From an uncultured Verrucomicrobiota bacterium (lineage in GTDB: Bacteria > Verrucomicrobiota > Verrucomicrobiia > Chthoniobacterales > JACTMZ01): DNA of 64,000 bases. The position numbers were made by a program, and so were the translations under genes. Below the pieces are notes generated by a model, which did not search any database, was not told where the DNA came from, and saw only the letters and a list, made by a program, of their open reading frames with translations. The stretch is from positions 7,604 to 71,603 of the forward strand of contig CAJBKE010000061.1 of NCBI GenBank assembly GCA_903953565.1. The letters are read 5' to 3'. Below are positions 40,271 through 50,645 of the stretch, in pieces. Position 1 is the stretch's first letter, and the number at the start of each line of letters is the position of its first letter.

Positions 40271-40704
40271 AATGGCTGCTGCTCACCGTCGGCAAACCCG
40301 CCCTCGCCTACGCCAAAGCCGGACGCGACGAATACCTTGCCCGCCTCGCTAAATTCACGCCGCTCGAACAAATCACAATCAAAGCCACCGATCGCACCCG
40401 CGAAAGCACGGATCTCCTAGCCCGCAGCGAGGGCTGCTTCCGCGTGGTGCTCCACGAACGCGGCAAGGCGCTGACCAGCCGCGAACTCGCGGCCAAGGTC
40501 GATGAATGGAGGCTGTCCGCACGGCGGGTCGCCTTAATCATCGGCGGCGCCGACGGACACAACCAAACCCTGCTCGACGCCGCCGATTTCCTCTGGTCCC
40601 TCGGCCCCCTTACCCTCCAGCACGAACTCGCCCTCGTCGTTGCCCTCGAGCAAATCTACCGTGCCAACACCATCCTGACCGGACATCCCTACCACCGCGA
40701 TTAG
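40267..40704 (+). CDS. rlmH: 23S rRNA (pseudouridine1915-N3)-methyltransferase
   Basis: 145 aa. SPOUT fold, LIIGGADGH...LSLGPLTLQHELALVVALEQIYRA. There is a 4-bp overlap with lipB. Confidence 0.9.
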   Translation: MKWLLLTVGKPALAYAKAGRDEYLARLAKFTPLEQITIKATDRTRESTDLLARSEGCFRVVLHERGKALTSRELAAKVDEWRLSARRVALIIGGADGHNQTLLDAADFLWSLGPLTLQHELALVVALEQIYRANTILTGHPYHRD

Positions 40705-40777
40705 TCGGACTATGAGGCGCGTCGGGCCGTTCGCCTCCCGACCAACTCGAAGTGTTATAGCCAAGAGCAAAAGCAAA

Positions 40778-40844
40778 GGTGGATCGCGCCGTCCCGGCGC
40801 GGTTCTCCGTCGGGGAAGTCGCGATGGGGACATCGCGATCCGCC
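40778..40844. repeat. REP/BIME-like palindromic element, copy d
   Basis: GGTGGATCGCGCCGTCCCGGCGCG, a 16-nt spacer, then GTCGCGATGGGGACATCGCGATCCGCC, which is the inverted form of the variant seen at 457-484. It is followed by TTGTAGCGGCGCCGTC, a variant of the second motif family. It lies downstream of rlmH and upstream of gnd. Confidence 0.65.
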
Positions 40845-40922
40845 CTTGTAGCGGCGCCGTCACATTCAATCCGCTTGGCGCAACCACCTTCCCCTCGCTA
40901 AGCTTCGCGTCCTTTTCGTCAC

Positions 40923-42422
<1,500 letters not shown>

Positions 42423-42423
42423 C

Positions 42424-43212
42424 ATGCGCGACGCATCGCCGGTTCCCATCGATCCGCGCCGGTGCGTTGTTATCCCGAGCTACAACAACGGTCCGCAACT
42501 CGAGCGGACCGTGCGCGGGGTGATGGACGTGTGGCAACCCGTTATTGTCGTCATTGACGGTTCTACCGACGGAAGCGGCGTGCCAGTGGTGCAACTGGCA
42601 GCGCAAGAACCCGGACTCCACGCGCTGGCCCAACCGGGCAACACCGGCAAAGGGGCGGCCGTCTTCGCGGCCCTCAACTACGCCGTCGACCGCGGCTTCA
42701 CCCACGCGGCGGTGTTCGATGCCGACGGACAACACGATCCCGCCGACCTTCCGCGCTTCATGGAGGTGGCAAAGGAGAAGCCGCTCGCTTTGGTCATGGG
42801 CATGCCGGAATTCGGCGATGATGCACCCGCCGCGCACGTCATCGGCCACAGTATCGCCGACTTTTTCGCCCGCGTGGAGACCCTGCATCCCGACCTCGGC
42901 GACTCGCTTTTCGGTCTGCGCGTTTACCCGGTCCTCGCCACGATCAAAGCCATGCGGCGAATCCGGGGCGGACGACGTTTCGACTTCGACACCCAGATGG
43001 CCGTGCGCCTGCCTTGGCTCGGTGTGCCCACCGCCAGAGTCCCGGCCAAAGTGCGTTATCCGGCCGACCGCGCCCGCCATTTTCGCTACCTGCGCGACAA
43101 CCTCCTCCTCATCCGAGTCCACTGCTGGCTCCTGCTGCGCGCAATCTCCGTCTGGCCCGGGCTACTGCTTCGCAGGCTGACCGGCACGCGGCCCGACACC
43201 GCCAAGCTTTAG
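42424..43212 (+). CDS. family 2 glycosyltransferase
   Basis: CVVIPSYNN, DGSTDGS and the DAD motif (VFDADGQH). Its start is 1 nt after the gnd stop. Confidence 0.8.
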   Translation: MRDASPVPIDPRRCVVIPSYNNGPQLERTVRGVMDVWQPVIVVIDGSTDGSGVPVVQLAAQEPGLHALAQPGNTGKGAAVFAALNYAVDRGFTHAAVFDADGQHDPADLPRFMEVAKEKPLALVMGMPEFGDDAPAAHVIGHSIADFFARVETLHPDLGDSLFGLRVYPVLATIKAMRRIRGGRRFDFDTQMAVRLPWLGVPTARVPAKVRYPADRARHFRYLRDNLLLIRVHCWLLLRAISVWPGLLLRRLTGTRPDTAKL

Positions 43213-43230
43213 CGGCTGAGGCTGGCCAAC

Positions 43231-44001
43231 TCAGACCGGAACATCCGGCGCCTCCGCATCGGCACTGCGTGGGCCGGTCACCTTGCGGCGGTTCGCGTCG
43301 TGACGCATCTGCAAAAGCTCGACGGCCAGCGCGAAGCCCATTGGCAGGTAAATGTAAGCCTTGGCCACGTGCTGGTGCATGCCCTCGAGAAAGATGGTCA
43401 CGCCGATGGTAACAAGAAACGCGAGGGCCAGAATCTTCAAGGCCGGTCGGTGGTGGATGAAGTCTCCGATCTTTTTGGCGTAGGCCAGGATAACCATAAA
43501 CGAGGCAATCACGGCAAAGGCAATGATGAGCAGGTTATGGGTCAGGCCGATCGCCGTGATGACGGAGTCGAGGGAGAAAACCATGTCGAGTAGCACGATC
43601 TGAACAATCGCCGCCGCGAAACTTGTCGCGATCCGTCCGCCGACGCCTTCGTCGTGCAACTCGACCACGTGATGGATTTCTTTGACCGCTTTCCAAAGGA
43701 GGAACAAACCGCCCGAGATGAGCACGACATCGCGCCAGGATAGCGGCAGCCCTTCGAGGATCGGCTTGGTCAGTTGGACCAACCAGAAGGCCCCGGCCAC
43801 AAACATCAGCCGCGCCACCAACGCAATCACCAGTCCCACCACCCGCGCGCGGTCGCGCTCATGTTCAGGCAGACGCGAGACAACGATGGAAATGACCAAC
43901 ACGTTGTCGATCCCCAGGACGAGTTCGAGACCGATGAGCAGCGCCAGCGTGGCCAGCGAATGGAGGGTCAGAGCATCGGAAAGAAGGGCAGCAAAATCCA
44001 T
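43231..44001 (-). CDS. TerC-family integral membrane protein
   Basis: LELVLGIDNVLVISI and VLLDMVFSLDSVITAIG are the duplicated TerC motifs. The ATG at 44001 is preferred over 44034. Confidence 0.88.
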   Translation of the reverse strand: MDFAALLSDALTLHSLATLALLIGLELVLGIDNVLVISIVVSRLPEHERDRARVVGLVIALVARLMFVAGAFWLVQLTKPILEGLPLSWRDVVLISGGLFLLWKAVKEIHHVVELHDEGVGGRIATSFAAAIVQIVLLDMVFSLDSVITAIGLTHNLLIIAFAVIASFMVILAYAKKIGDFIHHRPALKILALAFLVTIGVTIFLEGMHQHVAKAYIYLPMGFALAVELLQMRHDANRRKVTGPRSADAEAPDVPV

Positions 44002-44108
44002 GGAACCGGATCCTAAACGCCTTCCGCTGTCCATGCCAAGCGGACTACCACCTGCCGCTTTTGCCCTGTGCTCGGGGCGAAGCCGATGCTATCGAGAAAC
44101 TTGCTTTG

Positions 44109-44178
44109 GCGCGGTTAGCTCAGCGGCAGAGCGGCTCGTTTACACGGCTATCGGGGAAATCTCTCCCACGCGCACCCA
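44109..44178 (+). pseudogene. decayed tRNA-Val(UAC)-like sequence
   Basis: The D-arm TAGCTCAGCGGCAGAGC and the anticodon loop TTTACAC are intact. The 3' strand of the anticodon stem does not pair, the T-loop reads AAATCTC, and only 5 of 7 acceptor pairs form. The sequence ends ...CACGCGCACCCA. Confidence 0.35.
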
Positions 44179-44531
44179 TTTGCTCGCTAACTATCCGACT
44201 TCTGTTAGCAGCTGTGACGATTGATTTTCATCCTCCCCCAAACCGTGCCGGAAAAGGCCCACATTACAGGCAGGTGGGCTAATATCGGCCACGCTCATAC
44301 CACAGGCTAAGCACCTAGATTAATGGGCGACATTTTCACGAGGCAGAAATGGCAACGAAAATGAAGCGCGGCTCATCCCATCTGGAATGAGCGCAACCTT
44401 CCAAATATAACGACGTGCAGCGTGAGGGCGCCGACTAAGCCCACCCGACGGACAGTTTTCTGACATAGATTGGCACCCCTAAGCACAAGGAGGCACGCAT
44501 GATTACGGCCGGGTTCAGCCATGACGAAGCT

Positions 44532-45704
44532 TCATCCTTTGACAACCGTTGCTCCGGCCGCGGGGCGCGAGGCGAAGATCGTGGCGGCGATGCCGGTTCT
44601 GGCTTTGTAATCAGCGGCGATTTTTTTTGAAATATCCTCCACGGCACTGGCTTTGACCAAAGCAACGCAGCAACCACCGAAACCTCCGCCGGTCATGCGG
44701 CAGCCATAGACGCCGCCCCGCTCACCGATGGCCTCGGCGATCTCCACAACCACATCGAGTTCCTCGCAGCTCACTTCGTAATCATCCCGCAAAGCCGCAT
44801 GGCTGGCATACATCAGCTGACCGACTGCGGGCCAATCGGATTGGCGCACACTTCCGACTGCGTCCACCGTGCGCCCGATTTCGCCGATGACGTGGCGGGC
44901 ACGGCGGTAAACAGTCTCGCTTATTTTGCTTTTTCCAGCTTCGAGCTGCACGGCGGTCACATCACGGAGCGACTCCACACCGAGGTTCCTTGCGGCTTCC
45001 TCGCATTGTGCCCGGCGCTCGGCGTATTCGCCGCCGCTCAGCTCGTGCTTCACGTTGGTGTTGATAATGAGCAGCGCGACGGACGGGTCACTCATCGGCA
45101 CGAGCTCGGTCGTCCGCGGGCGGCAGTCGAGCAGGAGCAGATGGCCTTCGCGTCCGAGGGCCGAAATGAACTGGTCCATGATGCCGCAGGGCACCCCCGC
45201 GAAATCGTGCTCGGCCTTCTGGCAGAGCAACGCTTTTTCGACGGGATCAAGAGTCGTGCCCGTGACTGCTTCGAGCAGCGTCGCGGTGCAAACCTCGAGC
45301 GCGGCACTGCTGCTCAAGCCACTGCCCAGCGGCACGGTGGAATGCAGGAGCACGTCGAGACCTCCAGGCTGGATGCCTCGCTCCTGAAAGCCGGCAACAA
45401 CCCCGCGCGGGTAATTCCCCCATTTCGGCGCAGCCGGCCTGACGGGCCGGGTAAGATCAATCGTAGCCACCTCGGCCTCCAGAGTGCTGCGCAGCGTGAT
45501 GACCTCCCGGCCATCGACCGGCCGGTCTGCCGCCATCACGCTGTAATACTCGATGGCCATCGGCAGGACAAAGCCGTCGTTGTAATCGGTGTGCTCGCCG
45601 ATGATGTTGACACGGCCTGGGGCGGCGGCGATCCAGCGCGGCGGACGACCGTAGAGCTTTTCAAATTCGGAGGAGACATGGGAGGCGAGGTCTTGGAGTT
45701 TCAT
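44532..45704 (-). CDS. galK: galactokinase
   Basis: 390 aa from the ATG at 45704. GRVNIIGEHTDYNDGFVLP (galactokinase signature), PLGSGLSSSAALEV (GHMP motif), GCRMTGGGFGG. Confidence 0.95.
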   Translation of the reverse strand: MKLQDLASHVSSEFEKLYGRPPRWIAAAPGRVNIIGEHTDYNDGFVLPMAIEYYSVMAADRPVDGREVITLRSTLEAEVATIDLTRPVRPAAPKWGNYPRGVVAGFQERGIQPGGLDVLLHSTVPLGSGLSSSAALEVCTATLLEAVTGTTLDPVEKALLCQKAEHDFAGVPCGIMDQFISALGREGHLLLLDCRPRTTELVPMSDPSVALLIINTNVKHELSGGEYAERRAQCEEAARNLGVESLRDVTAVQLEAGKSKISETVYRRARHVIGEIGRTVDAVGSVRQSDWPAVGQLMYASHAALRDDYEVSCEELDVVVEIAEAIGERGGVYGCRMTGGGFGGCCVALVKASAVEDISKKIAADYKARTGIAATIFASRPAAGATVVKG

Positions 45705-45712
45705 GAGGTGTT

Positions 45713-46762
45713 TTAGCGGGTGGAGAATTTGTGGATCGTGGTCTGCAGGTAGGTTTGTCCGGGGCGCAGAATGACGGAAGGAAACTTCGGGTGGTTGAGC
45801 GAGTCGGGAAAGTGCTGAGTTTCCAGACAAAGACCGCTGTGCTGGGTGTAGTAGATTCCGCCAGGGCCGCACTGCGTGCCGTCCAGCCAATTGCCGGTGT
45901 AAAACTGCACGCCCGGCTCGGTGGTCAACACCTCCATGACGCGCCCGGTGGTCGGCTCGTAGACGGTGGCGCAAGGCGAGAGTCGTTGGCCTCCGCCGTT
46001 GAGGACGAAGTTGTGGTCGTAGCCAATGGGCCTTTCGGTCAGCCGGGCGAAGTCCCGGCCGATGGGTTTCGTCCTGGTGAAATCGAACGCCGTGCCGGCC
46101 ACCGGCGCCAGCTTGCCGGCGGGAATCGAGGTGGCATCCACCGGGGTGTAAGCTTTCGCGGCGAGCTTCAGCTCGTGGCCGAGAACGTTGCCGCCGCCGG
46201 CGAGGTTGAAATAGCTGTGGTTGGTGAGGTTGACCGGCGTGGCGCGGTCGGTCGTGGCGGTATAATCGATCCGCAGCTCGTCGCGGTTCGTGAGCGTCAT
46301 CACCACGGCGACGGCAAGATTCCCGGGATAACCTTCCTCGCCATCCGGACTAAGGTAGCTGAAGGCCACAGCGGCTTCCTTGCCGGGCACAATCTCGGCC
46401 GCCCACACGACCTTGTCGAAACCCGTGACGCCGCCGTGGAGATGGTGCGGGCCGTTGTTGACGGCCAATTGGTGCTTCTTCCCGTCGAGCCGGAAACGGC
46501 CTTTGGCCGTGCGGTTGGCCACCCGTCCGGCCGTGCAGCCCAGATAGCTGGGATTGCCGCCGAGGTATTGCCGCAGATTATCGAACCCCAGCACGACGTT
46601 GCCAAGTTGGCCCCGGCGGTCAGGCACGTGCAACTCGGTGATGATGGTGCCGTAGTTGGTGATCTTGGCGACGAGGCCATGCGTGTTGGTCAGCGTAAAC
46701 AGATCAATGCGATTGCCGACGGGGTCTCTGCCGAACAGCTTCTTGGTGACGGAGGCATCCAT
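45713..46762 (-). CDS. galM: aldose 1-epimerase (galactose mutarotase)
   Basis: 349 aa. GRVANR, GPHHLHGG, NLTNHSYFNL and CLETQHFPDS are mutarotase motifs. It ends 8 nt before galK. Confidence 0.93.
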   Translation of the reverse strand: MDASVTKKLFGRDPVGNRIDLFTLTNTHGLVAKITNYGTIITELHVPDRRGQLGNVVLGFDNLRQYLGGNPSYLGCTAGRVANRTAKGRFRLDGKKHQLAVNNGPHHLHGGVTGFDKVVWAAEIVPGKEAAVAFSYLSPDGEEGYPGNLAVAVVMTLTNRDELRIDYTATTDRATPVNLTNHSYFNLAGGGNVLGHELKLAAKAYTPVDATSIPAGKLAPVAGTAFDFTRTKPIGRDFARLTERPIGYDHNFVLNGGGQRLSPCATVYEPTTGRVMEVLTTEPGVQFYTGNWLDGTQCGPGGIYYTQHSGLCLETQHFPDSLNHPKFPSVILRPGQTYLQTTIHKFSTR

Positions 46763-46934
46763 GAATTAAACACTAAAAGACCACACCGGCATGTTCGGAA
46801 CCACCTAGGGCTGGCAATCCGAACACGGGTGCTAATGCGTCGCTCTGCATGCCAGACGCAGCACGAGGATTGACCTCCGTCTCCCTTGAACCGTCCTTTG
46901 ATGACAGAGTTGTGCCTTCATGCTAGCCGGAGCG

Positions 46935-48956
46935 TTAGTAGAAGAAAATATAGAGTGCGATGGTGGCAACCACGACTCCGACAGCCCATATCTTTGCGAT
47001 CTTCGACGATTCGAGTGCAATGAGGTCCGTCGTCGGCATCACGACCGGTTTGGCCATTGGCTTGACCAGAGTGATGATCATCATCACGGCAAAAACCACC
47101 CCGAAGCAAATTGCCATGCGGTTGAGGAATGGGATGCTGCTCTGGAACATGTAAAGATAGCCGTAGAGCACGACATTGACGAGAATTCCAAGCCAGCCGA
47201 GGAAGCGGGGCGCGCGCGGCACCAGGAAACCAAACAGGAATACCATGAGCACGCCCGGACTGATGAAGCCCTGGAATTCCTGAATAAACGTGAAAATGCC
47301 GCCAAAGGCCGGATTCCCGAGGTTCGGAGCAATCAGGCAGGCGATCAAAACGAACAGGACCGTGAAGAACTTTCCAGCACCCACTAGGGTATCCTGACTA
47401 CTGCGCGGTTTGAGTTTCTGGAAAATATCGATCGTGGCAATCGTCGACGCGGAGTTGAGCATGGAGGCCAGTGATGACACCACCGCGCCGAAGATCGCGG
47501 CCAAGACGAACCACGTGATCCCGGGCTTCATCAAATTACGCAACAGCACCGGAAATGCGGCGTCATAGTCGTAATCAATCAACTTCGTGCCGACAGGGAC
47601 ATTTTTCGAAACCGCCATCGCCACGAGATCATTGTTGACTTGAGTGAGCGTTTCATCAGTTGCGCTGGCAAGGCCTTCCACTTTCTCGCCAAGGACACGT
47701 GCATTGTGTTCGATCACCCTGATCGCACTCTCAGGATCCACTTTGGCAAAGCTTCCTGAAAGAGGATGAACACTCAGCTGGCCGGAGACATCCACCGTTT
47801 CAATGGCGGAGAGAATCCGTTCGTTCTTCTTCGTAGCCTCCGCACGCAGATCATGGCTGTAGAGGTTAAAACACAGAATCCCGGGAATCACGATGACGAA
47901 GGGAATGACAAGCTTCAGGGCGGCTGCGAAAATAATTCCCTTCTGTCCCTCCGCAAGGGATTTGGATCCGAGGGTTCGCTGCACGATGTATTGGTTGAGG
48001 CCCCAGTAAAAGAAATTCGGGATCCATAGCCCGATGAGCAGGGCCGTCCAGGGAATCGCCGGATCGGACTTGGGACGAATCATGTGCAGCTTGCCACCGG
48101 AAAGGTTCTCGCCCGCGACAGCGACGGCCTCAGAATTTTTGCCGTCATTCAAAAGCATGAACCGCTCCCAGCCGCCGGCGTTTTCAAGATCCTCGACCGT
48201 GGCGCTCGAATTGGCGACCTTGGTTGCGATCAAATCCTGAGGGTTTGCGTCTCTCATGGCTCCTAACGCCAAAGTCAGGACAATCAAGCCGCCCAGAATG
48301 AGGGCAGCACCCCAGATCAGATCCGTCCACGCGCAGGCTTTTAGCCCACCGACGAACACATAAGCGGCAGCCGAGAGTCCGATGATCCAACAACCGACCG
48401 TGATGGAGCCCAGATCGAGTCCCAACACTTGGTGCCCAGCGAAAAACACAGAAACGACCTTGGCTCCGGAGTAAATCACCGAAGCGGTTGGCACGCCGAC
48501 CAGGATAACGAGCGTGGAAATTGCCATCACCGTTCGTGCGACCACCCCGTAGCGATACTCAAGGAATTCCGGGATCGTGTAGATGCCGCACCTCAGCAGT
48601 TTCGGCAGAAAAACAAAGGCGACCACCACGAGGGTAACGGCTGCCATCCACTCATACGAGGCAATGGCCATCCCAAGCCAGTCGGCGGCCTGACCCGACA
48701 TGCCGACAAACTGCTCCGTGGAAATGTTGGCAGCAATCAACGAGAAGCCGACCAGCCACCACGTCAGCCCGCGTCCAGCCAGGAAGTATCCGGCGGCACC
48801 TCCGGCCTCAGCGGCACCCTTTGTTTCTTTGTTGCCCTGCCAGATGCCGAAGGCGATGACGCCGACGACAGCCACGAAAAAGAGAACCATGTCGAGAGTG
48901 CTCATGGTGCTGGTTTCGACGGGCGCTTGAGCTAGAATGAAGGTGGAGAATGTCAT
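46935..48956 (-). CDS. sodium:solute symporter (SSS/SGLT family) sugar transporter
   Basis: 673 aa, about 14 TM helices. GYFLAGRGLTWW and FGAVVSSLASMLNSAS are typical SGLT motifs. A ~100 aa hydrophilic insert spans aa 367-466. An alternative start exists at 48905. Confidence 0.88.
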   Translation of the reverse strand: MTFSTFILAQAPVETSTMSTLDMVLFFVAVVGVIAFGIWQGNKETKGAAEAGGAAGYFLAGRGLTWWLVGFSLIAANISTEQFVGMSGQAADWLGMAIASYEWMAAVTLVVVAFVFLPKLLRCGIYTIPEFLEYRYGVVARTVMAISTLVILVGVPTASVIYSGAKVVSVFFAGHQVLGLDLGSITVGCWIIGLSAAAYVFVGGLKACAWTDLIWGAALILGGLIVLTLALGAMRDANPQDLIATKVANSSATVEDLENAGGWERFMLLNDGKNSEAVAVAGENLSGGKLHMIRPKSDPAIPWTALLIGLWIPNFFYWGLNQYIVQRTLGSKSLAEGQKGIIFAAALKLVIPFVIVIPGILCFNLYSHDLRAEATKKNERILSAIETVDVSGQLSVHPLSGSFAKVDPESAIRVIEHNARVLGEKVEGLASATDETLTQVNNDLVAMAVSKNVPVGTKLIDYDYDAAFPVLLRNLMKPGITWFVLAAIFGAVVSSLASMLNSASTIATIDIFQKLKPRSSQDTLVGAGKFFTVLFVLIACLIAPNLGNPAFGGIFTFIQEFQGFISPGVLMVFLFGFLVPRAPRFLGWLGILVNVVLYGYLYMFQSSIPFLNRMAICFGVVFAVMMIITLVKPMAKPVVMPTTDLIALESSKIAKIWAVGVVVATIALYIFFY

Positions 48957-49009
48957 ATAAGTGGGGTTGTGTATTGGCAGTTGAATTAAAAGGGTGGGGT
49001 TGATTGGAC

Positions 49010-50605
49010 TTATGGCTTCGATGAGGCCGGTTTCGGCGTTGCACCGTTGGAAACGATGCTGGCGAGTTCTGCCGCCAACTCTTTGGCTTTCTCTGGATGC
49101 TGCGCGATGACGTTGGACTTCTCGCCCGGATCGGTGGCTAAGTCGAAGAGCATGGGCTCAGGGATGAAGGCCGCGGCGAAGCGTTCATCGGAAGCGTTCG
49201 CTCCGGTCCCCATTCCGCCGCCTGCGTCCTTTGCGGTGGCAGGCAGGTATTTCCAGTTCCCCTTTCGGAGCGCCATGGTGCCAGCGACACCATGCTGGAC
49301 AGTGTGATCACGCACATTGTCCAAAGTTTTACCAAGCAATACAGCCGACAGATCGATGCTGTCCGGGGAGGTTCCCGTCGGGATTTCCTGATCGGTGATA
49401 GCAGCCACTGTGGCGATCACATCCACCAAGCTGATTAATTGGTTGGACACTCGTGGTTTGATTTCCGAAGGCCAACGCACGATAAACGGAACGCGGCATC
49501 CTCCTTCAAAGGTCTGATACTTCCACCCGCGCAATCCGCCGGTGGGGTTATGTCCATTCAGATCCTCAACGGAGCGATCGTAGTAGCCGTCGAAGAGAAT
49601 CGGTCCATTGTCGCTGGAGAAGATGACAATCGTATTCTCCGCCAGGCCGAGGCGGTCGAGCGTCCCAAGGATTTCGCCAACCTGCCAGTCAACTTGCGCG
49701 ATGACATCGCCACGCACCCCGGTGCCGCTCTTTCCGACAAACGGTGGCTCTGCCACGCGGGGAACATGCGGCTCAAAAAGCCCGACACTGAGAAAGAAGG
49801 GCTTGCCCGCGTTTCGCTCAATAAAATCCACCGATTCTCTCACAACGGTCGTGGCCAACTCCTCATCCTTGAAACGCGCCGCCTTCCCGCCCTTCATATA
49901 GCCAATGCGGCTAATGCCATTGATGATTGTGCAGGAATGCTGTTCGTCCGCGCCATAGTGGGTGAGAAGATCGGGGTGATCAATGCCGGTCGGCTCGTCG
50001 CTGATATTTTTGAGATAGCTGACCTCAATCGGATCAGCTGGATCGAGACCCACCACTTTGTGATTCTTAACCCAGACGCTCGGCACGCGATCCACGGTGG
50101 CAGGGATGATGTAAGAATCATCGAAACCGACTTCCAGTGGGCCAGGTTTGACTTCCTTGTTGAAATCCACCTTCGTTTCACCATCCCCAAGGCCGAGGTG
50201 CCACTTCCCTACCACGCCGGTCCGGTAGCCCGCCCTGCGCAACATCTCCGGCAGGGTGAACCGCCCCGGCTCAATGCAGAGCGGCGCGTCGCCATCGAGG
50301 ATGCTGTTACTTTTGGCCTTTTGACGCCAGGCGTATTCACCGGTCAACAACGAGTAGCGCGACGGCGTGCAAGTCGCTGATGGCGCGTAGCCCTGGGTGA
50401 AGCGCACACCATCCGCCGCGAGTCGGTCGATGTTCGGCGTCCGGACCTTTGTCGCGCCAGCACAGCTCATGTCGCCGGAACCAAGGTCATCTGCCATAAT
50501 GACGATAATGTTGGGTCTGGCGTGGTCGTTCGAAGCCGCGGCGGCGGAAAGAACAGGCAGCGGCGCGAGTAGCAGCGCGGTGAGGAGTTTATGGAGGTGT
50601 TTCAT
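49010..50605 (-). CDS. S1 sulfatase (Cys-type), secreted
   Basis: Start at ATG 50605 gives signal MKHLHKLLTALLLAPLPVLSAAAA. NIIVIMADDLG and the formylglycine motif CTPSRYSLLTG. Confidence 0.9.
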   Translation of the reverse strand: MKHLHKLLTALLLAPLPVLSAAAASNDHARPNIIVIMADDLGSGDMSCAGATKVRTPNIDRLAADGVRFTQGYAPSATCTPSRYSLLTGEYAWRQKAKSNSILDGDAPLCIEPGRFTLPEMLRRAGYRTGVVGKWHLGLGDGETKVDFNKEVKPGPLEVGFDDSYIIPATVDRVPSVWVKNHKVVGLDPADPIEVSYLKNISDEPTGIDHPDLLTHYGADEQHSCTIINGISRIGYMKGGKAARFKDEELATTVVRESVDFIERNAGKPFFLSVGLFEPHVPRVAEPPFVGKSGTGVRGDVIAQVDWQVGEILGTLDRLGLAENTIVIFSSDNGPILFDGYYDRSVEDLNGHNPTGGLRGWKYQTFEGGCRVPFIVRWPSEIKPRVSNQLISLVDVIATVAAITDQEIPTGTSPDSIDLSAVLLGKTLDNVRDHTVQHGVAGTMALRKGNWKYLPATAKDAGGGMGTGANASDERFAAAFIPEPMLFDLATDPGEKSNVIAQHPEKAKELAAELASIVSNGATPKPASSKP

Positions 50606-50645
50606 TTTGCTGAGTAGTTCTGTTGATAAAGCGCAGCCTTCCAAC

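Noticed and set aside
44061-44282. 73-aa plus-strand ORF, and the 13-aa mini-ORFs at about 44323 and 44349, in the non-coding island.
   Set aside because: No start context and no motifs, and the 73-aa ORF runs through the tRNA-like remnant. They are most likely non-coding.
44002-44300. Possible yybP-ykoY (Mn2+) riboswitch in the terC 5' leader, since TerC genes are frequent targets.
   Set aside because: On the minus strand I could not find the conserved GGGGAGUAG and ACAUA-containing cores. The closest match is GUGGGAGAGAU. A covariance-model scan is needed before making any claim.
44472-44486. TGGCAC-N5-AGCA, considered as a sigma-54 -24/-12 promoter because rpoN is in the window.
   Set aside because: The -12 element lacks the TTGC core, and there is no plus-strand gene downstream (galK is on the minus strand).
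46763-46934. Hairpin GTTCGGA-[17 nt]-TCCGAAC between the SSS transporter and galM, considered as an attenuator or riboswitch.
   Set aside because: A single modest stem without a U-tract or conserved motif. This is insufficient evidence for any specific element.
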